Notes under the pieces: model-generated
Seen by the model: only the letters and a program-made list of their open reading frames with translations
Told to the model about the DNA's origin: nothing
Databases searched by the model: none
Part shown: in pieces, positions 49,730-60,351 of the stretch
Numbering within the stretch: the first letter of the stretch is position 1
How the letters are laid out: each line of letters opens with the position of its first letter
Program-made: the position numbers and the translations under genes
Assembly (NCBI GenBank): GCA_002269645.1
Contig: NIVC01001046.1
Span: forward strand, 1-64,000
Reading direction: 5' to 3'
Source: Macrostomum lignano
Lineage: Eukaryota
Length of the DNA: 64,000 bases

Positions 49730-52700
49730 CTCTGACACTCCTCAATCCGTCCATCTGACACTCCTCAATCCGCCTCTCTGACACTCCTCAATCCGCCTCT
49801 CTGACAGTCCTCAATCCGCCCCTCTGACACTCCTCAATCCGCCCTCCGACACTTCCTAATCCGCCCCTCTGATACTCCTCAATCCGCACCTCTGGCAGTC
49901 CTCAATCCGCCCCTCTGACACTCCTCAATCTGCCCCTCTAAAACTCAATCCGCCCCTCTGACACTCCCCAATCCGCCCCTCTGACACTCCTCAGTCCGCC
50001 CCTCTGACACTCCTCAATCCGCCCCTCTGACACTCCTCAATCCGCCCTCCGACACTTCCTAATCCGCCCCTCTGATACTCCTCAATCCGCACCTCTGGCA
50101 GTCCTCAATCCGCCCCTCTGACACTCCTCAATCCGCCCCTCTGACACTCCTCAATCTGCCCCTCTAAAACTCAATCCGCCCCTATGACACTCCCCAATCC
50201 GCCCCTATGACACTCCTCAATCCGCCCCTATGACACTCCTCAATCCGCACCTCTGACATTCCTCAATCCGCCCCTCTGACACTCCCCAATCCGCCCCTAT
50301 GACACTCCTCAATCCGCCACTCCGACACTCCTCAATCCGCCCCTCTGACACTCCTCAATCCGCCCCTCTGACACTCCTCAATCCGCCACTCCGACACTCC
50401 TCAATCCGCCCCTCTGACACTCCTCAATCCGCCCCTCTGACACTCCTCAATCCGCCCCTCTGACACTCCTCAATCCGCCACTCCGACACTCCTCAATCCG
50501 CCCCTCTGACACTCCTCAATCCGCCCTCTGACACTCCTCAATCCGCCCCTCTGACACTCCTCAATCTGCCCCTCTAAAACTCAATCCGCCCCTATGACAC
50601 TCCCCAATCCGCCCCTATGACACTCCTCAATCCGCCCCTATGACACTCCTCAATCCGCACCTCTGACATTCCTCAATCCGCCCCTCTGACACTCCTCAAT
50701 CCGCCCTCCGACACTTCCTAATCCGCCCCTCTGATACTCCTCAATCCGCACCTCTGGCAGTCCTCAATCCGCCCCTCTGACACTCCTCAATCTGCCCCTC
50801 TAAAACTCAATCCGCCCCTCTGACACTCCCCAATCCGCCCCTCTGACACTCCTCAGTCCGCCCCTCTGACACTCCTCAATCCGCCCCTCTGACACTCCTC
50901 AATCCGCCCTCCGACACTTCCTAATCCGCCCCTCTGATACTCCTCAATCCGCACCTCTGGCAGTCCTCAATCCGCCCCTCTGACACTCCTCAATCCGCCC
51001 CTCTGACACTCCTCAATCTGCCCCTCTAAAACTCAATCCGCCCCTCTGACACTCCCCAATCCGCCCCTCTGACACTTCTCAGTCCGCCCCTCTGACACTC
51101 CTCAATCCGCCCCTCTGACACTCCTCAATCCGCACCTCTGACACTCCTCAATCCGCCCCTCTGACACTCCTCAATCCGCCCCTCTGACACTCCTCAATCC
51201 GCTCATCTGACACTCCTCAATCCGCACCTCTGACACTCCTCAATCCGCCCCTCTGACACTCCTCAATCCGCACCTCTGACATTCCTCAATCCGCCCCTCT
51301 GACACTCCTCAATCTGCCCCTCTAAAACTCAATCCGCCCCTATGACACTCCCCAATCCGCCCCTCTGACACTCCTCAATCCGCCCCTATGACACTCCTCA
51401 ATCCGCCCCTATGACACTCCTCAATCCGCACCTCTGACATTCCTCAATCCGCCCCTCTGACACTCCTCAATCTGCCCCTCTAAAACTCAATCCGCCCCTA
51501 TGACACTCCCCAATCCGCCCCTATGACACTCCTCAATCCGCCCCTATGACACTCCTCAATCCGCACCTCTGACATTCCTCAATCCGCCCCTCTGACACTC
51601 CTCAATCTGCCCCTCTAAAACTCAATCCGCCCCTATGACACTCCCCAATCCGCCCCTATGACACTCCCCAATCCGCCCCTATGACACTCCTCAATCCGCC
51701 CCTATGACACTCCTCAATCCGCACCTCTGACATTCCTCAATCCGCCCCTCTGACACTCCTCAATCTGCCCCTCTAAAACTCAATCCGCCCCTATGACACT
51801 CCCCAATCCGCCCCTATGACACTCCTCAATCCGCCACTCCGACACTCCTCAATCCGCCCCTCTGACACTCCTCAATCTGCCCCTCTAAAACTCAATCCGC
51901 CCCTCTGACACTCCTCAATCCGCCCCTCTGACACTCCTCAATCCGCCCCTCTGACACTCCTCAATCCGCCCCTCTGACACTCCTCAATCCGCCCCTCTGA
52001 CACTCCTCAGTCCGCCCCTCTAAAACTCAATCCGCCCCTCTGACACTCCTCAATCCGCCCCTCTGACACTCCTCAATCCGCCCCTATGACACTCCTCAAT
52101 CCGCACCTCTGACATTCCTCAATCCGCCCCTCTGACACTCCTCAATCTGCCCCTCTAAAACTCAATCCGCCCCTCTGACACTCCTCAATCCGCCCCTCTG
52201 ACACTCCTCAATCCGCCACTCCGACACTCCTCAATCCGCCCCTCTGACACTCCTCAATCCGCCCCTCTGACACTCCTCAATCTGCCCCTCTAAAACTCAA
52301 TCCGCCCCTATGACACTCCCCAATCCGCCCCTATGACACTCCTCAATCCGCCCCTCTGACACTCCTCAATCCGCACCTCTGACATTCCTCAATCCGCCCC
52401 TCTGACACTCCCCAATCCGCCCCTATGACACTCCTCAATCCGCCACTCCGACACTCCTCAATCCGCCCCTCTGACACTCCTCAATCCGCCCCTCTGACAC
52501 TCCTCAATCCGCCACTCCGACACTCCTCAATCCGCCCCTCTGACACTCCTCAATCCGCCCCTCTGACATTCCTCAATCCGCCCCTCTGACACTCCTCAAT
52601 CCGCCACTCCGACACTCCTCAATCCGCCCCTCTGACACTCCTCAATCCGCCCCTCTGACACTCCTCAATCCGCCCCTCTGACACTCCTCAATCTGCCCCT

Positions 52701-54182
52701 CTAAAACTCAATCCGCCCCTATGACACTCCCCAATCCGCCCCTATGACACTCCTCAATCCGCCCTATGACACTCCTCAATCCGCACCTCTGACATTCCTC
52801 AATCCGCCCCTCTGACACTCCTCAATCTGCCCCTCTAAAACTCAATCCGCCCCTATGACACTCCCCAATCCGCCCCTATGACACTCCTCAATCCGCCACT
52901 CCGACACTCCTCAATCCGCACCTCTGACACTCCTCAATCTGCCCCTCTAAAACTCAATCCGCCCCTATGACACTCCCCAATCCGCCCCTATGACACTCCT
53001 CAATCCGCCCCTATGACACTCCTCAATCCGCACCTCTGACATTCCTCAATCCGCCCCTCTGACACTCCTCAATCTGCCCCTCTAAAACTCAATCCGCCCC
53101 TATGACACTCCCCAATCCGCCCCTATGACACTCCTCAATCCGCCACTCCGACACTCCTCAATCCGCCCCTCTGACACTCCTCAATCTGCCCCTCTAAAAC
53201 TCAATCCGCCCCTCTGACACTCCTCAATCCGCCCCTCTGACACTCCTCAATCCGCCCCTCTGACACTCCTCAGTCCGCCCCTCTAAAACTCAATCCGCCC
53301 CTCTGACACTCCTCAATCCGCCCCTCTGACACTCCTCAATCCGCCCCTATGACACTCCTCAATCCGCACCTCTGACATTCCTCAATCCGCCCCTCTGACA
53401 CTCCTCAATCTGCCCCTCTAAAACTCAATCCGCCCCTCTGACACTCCTCAATCCGCCCCTCTGACACTCCTCAATCCGCCACTCCGACACTCCTCAATCC
53501 GCCCCTCTGACACTCCTCAATCCGCCCCTCTGACACTCCTCAATCTGCCCCTCTAAAACTCAATCCGCCCCTATGACACTCCCCAATCCGCCCCTATGAC
53601 ACTCCTCAATCCGCCCCTATGACACTCCTCAATCCGCACCTCTGACATTCCTCAATCCGCCCCTCTGACACTCCTCAATCTGCCCCTCTAAAACTCAATC
53701 CGCCCCTATGACACTCCCCAATCCGCCCCTATGACACTCCTCAATCCGCCACTCCGACACTCCTCAATCCGCACCTCTGACATTCCTCAATCCGCCCCTC
53801 TGACACTCCTCAATCCGCCACTCCGACACTCCTCAATCCGCCCCTCTGACACTCCTCAATCCGCCCCTCTGACACTCCTCAATCCGCCACTCCGACACTC
53901 CTCAATCCGCCCCTCTGACACTCCTCAATCCGCCCCTCTGACATTCCTCAATCCGCCCCTCTGACACTCCTCAATCCGCCACTCCGACACTCCTCAATCC
54001 GCCCCTCTGACACTCCTCAATCCGCCCCTCTGACACTCCTCAATCTGCCCCTCTAAAACTCAATCCGCCCCTATGACACTCCCCAATCCGCCCCTCTAAA
54101 ACTCAATCCGCCCCTCTGACACTCCTCAATCCGCCCCTCTGACACTCCCCAATCCGCCCCTATGACACTCCCCAATCCGCCC
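49730..54182. repeat. About 4.45-kb satellite of 23-bp monomers (CTGACACTCCTCAATCCGCCCCT) with higher-order structure
   Basis: Diagnostic variants (20-bp CTAAAACTCAATCCGCCCCT, ATGACACTCCCC, CCGCACCT, GACATT, TCTGCC) recur in a fixed order; for example TAAAACTC at 51481 and 51616 are 135 bp apart (20+5x23). Confidence 0.95.
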
Positions 54183-54705
54183 CAGTTTCCGAATTCGAGT
54201 CCGGGAAACAAAAGGGCGGCTCGGGAAATCCCACCAGACTTTGAGATGCCGTGCAGGGAAGCAGCAGGCAAAGCGTGGGCGGCCAGCATTTCGTGCGGGG
54301 GACTCGCACTGATCCTCCACAACCGCAACCTCAGCCAGGACTCAACCCCCGCAGATCCCCGTAGACTCCGGCTGCCTGTCTGCGGTCGGCCTCAGCTCCG
54401 ACCTGCGAGCTCTCAAAGCCAATGGCGGAGCGCTGCGGCAAAACTCAAAGTGCTCAGTAGCGAGATGCGGGGCCATAAATCACAGGTGGGCAGCACAAAC
54501 AGCAGCTCACACCTCACACCAGCTGCCTGCGTAGAATCAAAGCCCGGGCTTGCAAGCTGTCTGTAGGGTGGTGCATGTACTTTTAAACTCACCGCTTACA
54601 GTTGATCAAACACTAAACTACTAAAGTTTAGTTGAGTTGGTTTTGCTGGGCTTTGGTCTTTGTTGGAATTGGAAAACTAACAGCTGTGTGAATTAGCTTT
54701 TTGGG

Positions 54706-55105
54706 TTCAGGTCATTCAGATTGAAGTTCAGGTCATTCAGATTGAGGCTCAGGTCATTCAGATTGAGGTTCAGGTCATTCAGATTGAGGTTCAGGTCATT
54801 CAGATTGAGGTTCAGGTTATTCAACTTGAGGTTCAGGTCATTCAACTTGAGGTTCAGGTCATTCAGATTGAGGTTCAGGTCATTCAGATTGAGGTTCAGG
54901 TTATTCAACTTGAGGTTCAGGTTATTCAACTTGAGGTTCAGGTCATTCAACTTGAGGTTCAGGTCATTCAGAGTGAAGTTCATGTCATTCAGATTGAGGT
55001 TTAGGTCATTGAGATTGAGGTTCAGGTCATTCAACTTGAGGTTTAGGTCATTGAGATTGAGGTTCAGGTCATTCAGATGGGGGTTTAGGTCATTCAGATT
55101 GAGGC
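54706..55105. repeat. 21-bp minisatellite (TTCAGGTCATTCAGATTGAGG)
   Basis: Tandem units. Confidence 0.93.
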
Positions 55106-55494
55106 TTATAGGTATAGCTCGTAACCGTATTTTACAGAAGAAAATCAATTGGATTTAAACTGCGCAGGACCACCCATTGGGAGAGACAATGGGAATGACA
55201 GCTTTTGGCTCCGCTTCTGAATTCTTCCACTCTGACTTCTCTCTCTCTCAGTCTCTCTCTCAGTCTCTCTCTCGCAACAACCACCCCACCATGCGCACTG
55301 AAGAGGGGGACGCCAAGCGTACAACACAAACCAGAGGGTGCAAGGCACACGACTAACCCTAACACCCTCTAATAGAATTGGGGAGGTCAGATCATGGAGT
55401 CCCGGTCTTAACCAAGCCAGCACGCTTCACTTTAAAATGTAAAAAAAATGAAAATCCCTTCTGACTCTCCTCTCCCTGGCCCTCTCGCTTTCCC

Positions 55495-56770
55495 TCTCCT
55501 CTCCGCCCCTCTCCGCCCCTCTCCGCCTCTCTCCGCCTCTCTCCGCCCCTCTCCGCTCCTCTCCGCTCCTTTCCGCCCCTCTCCGCTCCTCTCCGCCCCT
55601 CTCCGCCCCTCTCCGCTCCTCTCCGCCCCTCTCCGCTCCTTTCCACCTCTCTCCGCCTCTCTCCGCCCCTCTCCGCTCTTCTCCGCTCCTCTCCGCCCCT
55701 CTCCGCTCCTCTCCGCCCTTCTCCGCTCCTCTCCGCCTCTGTCCGCCCCTCTCCGCCCCTCTCCACTCCTCTCCGCCCCTCTCCGCTCCTCTCCGCTCCT
55801 CTCCGCCCCTCTCCGCTCCTCTCCGCCCCTCTCCGCTCCTCTCCCTCTCCGCCCCTCTCCGCTCCTCTCCGCCCTTCTCCGCTCCTCTCCGCTCCTCTCC
55901 GCCCCTCTCCGCCCTTCTCCGCTCCTCTCCGCCTCTGTCCGCCCCTCTCCGCCCCTCTCCACTCCTCTCCGCCCCTCTCCGCTCCTCTCCGCCCCTCTCC
56001 GCCCTTCTCCGCTCCTCTCCGCCTCTGTCCGCCCCTCTCCGCTCTTCTCCGCTCCTCTCCGCCTCTGTCCGCCCCTCTCCGCCCCTCTCCACTCCTCTCC
56101 GCCCCTCTCCGCTCCTCTCCGCCCCTCTCCGCCCTTCTCCGCTCCTCTCCGCCTCTGTCCGCCCCTCTCCGTCCCTCTCCGCCTCTCTCCGCCTCTCTCC
56201 GCCCCTCTCCACCTATCTCCGCCCCTCTCCGCCTATCCCCGCCCCTCTTCGCCTCTCCCCGCCTCTCTCCGCCTCTCTCCGCCCCTCTCCGCTCGGACCC
56301 CTCTCCGCTCCTCTCCGCCCCTCTCCGCTCCTCTCCGCTCCTTTCCGCCCTTCTCCGCTCCTCTCCGCCTCTGTCCGCCCCTCTCCGCTCTTCTCCGCTC
56401 CTCTCCGCCTCTGTCCGCCCCTCTCCGCCCCTCTCCACACCTCTCCGCCCCTCTCCGCTCCTCTCCGCTCCTCTCCGCCCCTCTCCGCTCCTCTCCGCCC
56501 CTCTCCGCTCCTCTCCGCTCCTCTCCGCTCCTCTCCGCTCCTCTCCGCCCCTCTCCGCTCCTCTCCGCCCCTCTCCGCTCCTCTCCGTCCCTCTCCGCCC
56601 TTCTCCGCTCCTTTCCGCCCCTCTCCGCTCCTCTCCGCCCCTCTCCGCCCCTCTCCGCTCCTTTCCACCTCTCTCCACCTCTCTCCGCCCCTCTCCGCCT
56701 CTCTCCGCCCCTCTCCGCATCTCTCCGCCTCTCCGCCCCTCTCCCTCCCCTTTCCGCCCCTCTCCGTCCC
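55495..56770. repeat. 10-bp repeat (CCGCCCCTCT/CCGCTCCTCT), about 1.3 kb
   Basis: Tandem units. Confidence 0.95.
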
Positions 56771-57512
56771 TCACCGCGCTTTCAACAACTCCAATCTCCT
56801 CTCCTCTCTCTCAATCTTCCTTTCGCTCCTCAGGCCGGCATGGCAACTCCCAGATCGCTCGAGTCGCTCCAGCAGCCGCAGCCACCTGGGCTGGCCGAGA
56901 GGCGACCGCAAATTCCCGCTTGGAAACCGCTTGGCAACGGAGAGCCGTCTCCAGCTGCAGCCAGCCTGCGGCCTCTCAGCTCCGTCACCCCCCTTCCCAA
57001 TCCGAGTCTCGTTTGGTTGCTGGGGCCATGGGAGTTGGGAGACGGCCTGGAGACGCGTCGGTCTGAGATGGCCAGTCGAGTCCACCTGTGTAAAGCTGAG
57101 TTCTCGGCATCTCAACATTTCAAGATGGAATTGTATAAATGTATGCTAAAAATCAGGATTCTTTTTAAGTTTCAAGCTGCATAAATACTGAACTCCTGCT
57201 CAAGAAACTCAATTGTCAGTTGTGAAGAAAATATTCAGCTTTAAAATGAGAGAAAGACTGTGAAAACTGTGAAAACTTTGAACTGGCCTCGACTGTCACT
57301 GCCATGCAGTATTCTGTCTCCACCCTCTGTCTCCACCCCCAGTGAAAGCGCGTCAGCCAATAGCAGGCCGCCTCACACCCACAGGTGAAGATGATTGTCC
57401 GCATGGAGTATATTAGAGTGAATAATTTCTCAGATCTCAGGCAGACTAATTCCAATTCTAGGCTAACTGAAATCCGCAACCTACAGCTTCACCCAGCTTC
57501 TCTGCCTCATCA

Positions 57513-58435
57513 ATGCAGCCGTCAAGGAATCGCAGCTTCATTGGCCTGAGGTGAGTTCTGAAAGCAGGTTTGAGTACAGGTGTCAGATTTATGCATATAA
57601 ACTGACAATTAATCGCATCACTTCCTATTTTTTGCGTGTGTTGTGTAGTTTTACCACTTTTAAATATAAGCCAGGCCCCTTCTCTCTCTCACTTCTCTCC
57701 TATTCTATCTCTCCTATCTCGCTCTTCCAATTTTACGACCGATTAAAACTGCCACTGTCCGCCTGTTGCTAAATTTAGCTGTGTTAGCTCATTCTTTGTT
57801 ATTTGTCCCACTAGTAATTGGACAACAGGGCATGCTTTTGAGACCTACTTAGCTCAGCAGTGTATAACCTCCCTGCCGTCCTGATCAAGCCTAAATATAA
57901 AACTTCCCTGCACTCTCTTCACAGCCCGCAGGTAGCTGGAGAGGAACCGCTTCCCATTGTGAAGCACATTCTGCAGCTACAGAATCGGTACCTGCAGTAC
58001 CTGCGGCAGCAGACTGACACCCAGCAGCAGCTCAAGCTCGAGACCCAGCAGCAGCTCCAGCTCGAGACCCAGCAGCAGCACCAGCTCAAGATCCAGCAGC
58101 AGCTCCAGCTCGAGACCCAGCAGCAGCTCCAGCTCCAGTTCCAGCCCGCTGCCGCCCCGCTGCCCAATGCCGCCCTGCAGCGCGCGGTGCTCGCCAGGAA
58201 CGCCAGCCGGCCGCGCCGCCCCGTCTTCTGCGTCTTCTGCCGCAAGAACGGCGAGCCGGAGGCCTTCAGCAGCGGCCACACCCTGAAGGACGGCAACGGC
58301 AGCGTCGCCTGCCCGGTGCTCAGCCGCTTCACCTGCCCGCTGTGCGGCGCCACCGGCGGCAGCGCCCACACCGTGAAATACTGCCCGCTGGGCACCGGCC
58401 ACGGCTGCGGCCGCTGGAAACTGACAGGACAGTGA
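57513..58435 (+). CDS. nanos: Nanos; exons 57513-57550 and 57925-58435; 182 aa
   Basis: Canonical C-x2-C-x12-H-x10-C-x7-C-x2-C-x7-H-x4-C double CCHC finger (CVFCRKNGEPEAFSSGHTLKDGNGSVACPVLSRFTCPLCGATGGSAHTVKYCP). Exon 1 MQPSRNRSFIGL+AG|GTGAGT joins in phase 2 to TTCACAG|C CCG CAG. CCAAT at about 57357 and AATAAA at about 58600. Confidence 0.95.
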
Positions 58436-59134
58436 CAGCCCTGCACTCTCAGCACCTCTTAACACCTCACTCTTAACCTGCACTCTTAACACCTCAGCTC
58501 TGCATGCACTCTCAACTGTAATGCAAACCAACTATAAGTAAAAATTTGCAATACTTAATTTTGTTTTCTGCAACCAACCTTTGCTTTAAAATTAAAATTA
58601 ATAAATAATAAAGGAAAAGAATATATTCAATAAGTAAGTCAATAAGAGCAATTATTGTATGTCTGCAATCGGTCAATTTGCCACATAATTGTATAGTTCG
58701 CCTCTTGTTTTGTCTGAAAGTAATTTTAGGACTTTGTTTAATGAGTATACCGGTGTTCATCGTCCTGAGTTCGAGTTCTTGATGGCAGACAGACTCAGTC
58801 GTTAGACTCTAACGTATTGCGCTATTCGAGATATTCGGCTTTCAATTCAATCAAAGAATCTAAAAATAAAGGTACATATGCGCTTCAGAAAGCAGGAACT
58901 TCTATTAATAACCAGTTGGGATATACAATCGAATTCTTTCAGTTGAACTGAAAACTGCAGTAGAGAGAAACACAAGAGCATCGGGAATCTGTGCGGTGAT
59001 GGGGAATCTCGGGGAGGATCTGTCTGAGTCCTCGCCACCAACCGCTGATAGAAATCTCTGGCAACCACGAAATATTGAGCCGTAAACGTTTGCTGGGAAT
59101 AGAAATATTGAAGCCCATTATAACTTGCTCTATA

Positions 59135-59585
59135 CCAGATACTAGTAACTAGACTAACTACGAGTAGATAGGCCACTCAGCACACTTGCGTGTAAGCTAC
59201 TTTTAGTTCAGTAGTAAGTTAAACTGAAGCATTTTAATGTATTTTTAAAGACAGGCTTTTACCCCCTAAACTTAAACCCTCAAACTCCCCCTACCTCTAC
59301 CCCCGCCCGCCGCCAAAATTTTATTACCTTCCTCGGTGGTTCCAGCCTAAATCTGCCTTGTACATTTCAGTGGACTGGCTAATGTACATTATGGCTGAAC
59401 CAATTAGCAAGCTGTTTTCTTTTGCAAGCTTGGGCTTCTAAATTTATCAAAGTCATTTCATCTGCCTTTATTCTATAAAATAGCTTGTGTATTATTCTTT
59501 ATTGGTATACTGACTTAAAGTTGAAAGCTGTTTTACTAAGTATACATTATGCTTGAGTGCCCCAATCTAGTCATTTGCTCTATAC
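59135..59585. mobile_element. Degenerate inverted copy of the 36667-37123 MITE
   Basis: CCACTCAGCAC..TGCGTGTAAGCTACTTT..GTTCAGTAGTA, TGTACATTTCAGTGGACTGGCTAATGTACAT and GCAAGCTTGGGCTTCTAAA match the reverse complement of the first copy. Confidence 0.85.
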
Positions 59586-59861
59586 TAATCTCATTTCCCT
59601 TTCCCACAGAACCTGCACGCTTTTAAGTGCCGAGAATGAAAAAAAAACTATAATTAGGATTTTGGTTTCATGTAACAAGTTTACCATAAGCACTATTCAC
59701 TCTGACACAACAGTACACTGACACAACAGCACACTGACACAACAACACACTGACACATACATAACTCGCAACAGAAATATCCACCAGTTCTGTCCTGTGC
59801 ATTAACATGGCTCACTATTCTAGAGAAAAGAAATTTTTAGAAACTGCGGTTGCTAAGCTAA

Positions 59862-60000
59862 GCCTTTTCGAACCGATTTGAGGCTGGGGTGGCGGAGCTG
59901 AGAGGCCTCTGGCTAGCTGCAGCTGGGGAAAGCTCTCCGTTGCCAGGCGGTTTCCAAGCGGCAACTTTGGTTGGCCTCTCGGCCCAGGTGGCTGCGTGAA
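59862..60000 (-). promoter_or_regulatory. Third, inverted copy of segment C, followed by CCAAT boxes (60026-60030, 60066-60070) and TATAAAA (60127-60133) of CCCH gene 2
   Basis: CTGAGAGGCC..GCTGCAGCTGG..GCTCTCCGTTGCCAGGCGGTTTCCAAGCGG..GCCTCTCGGCC matches the reverse complement of 46070-46170 and 56880-56980. Regulatory role is inferred. Confidence 0.55.
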
Positions 60001-60351
60001 TGCTGTGTTAGGCTTCTCAATTTCTATTGGTTAAAATTTGCTGACGCGCAGTCTCAGCTGTTCCCATTGGCTGAGAAAGCTTGCAATGACCGCCGAGCCC
60101 CCCCCCCCCGAGGCCTTCGATGGGACTATAAAATGTTTATATTATTCTAATCTAACCGAATTCAAGCAGCACAAAACTGAAACTCCGTAATTATTTAGTT
60201 TACAATCGTAATTTCGATTAAATAAAATAATCTGCGTAGGAACCATCACCGGCTGAAGCGCCCAATACTTACTTAGCTCGTATCAAGAAGAATCTAACCG
60301 AATTCAAGCCAACCTCGATTTTAACAGTTAACTGGAGCATTGTCAGCCAAT

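Larger units (their letters stand above)
54340..57060 (+). repeat. Segmental duplication block, copy 2 (A', B', C'), directly upstream of nanos
   Basis: AGCCAATGGCGG..CGCTGCGGCAAAACTCAAAG..CATAAATCACAGGTGGGCAGC, GGACCACCCAT..GACAATGGGAATGACAGCTTTTGGCTCCGCTTCTG and CTCCTCAGGCCGGCATGGCAACTCCCAGATCGCTCGAGTCGC match copy 1. Confidence 0.88.

Noticed and set aside
44700-57118. Similar peptides from segments B and C (EREVRVEE.RSGAKSCHSHC; ERPQAGCSWRRLSVAKRFPSG) as a duplicated gene
   Set aside because: The similarity is explained by DNA identity. Splice sites are not shared between copies, and the third copy of C has frame-breaking indels.
57919-58531. Minus-strand ORFs over nanos
   Set aside because: Antisense shadows of a GC-rich coding exon.
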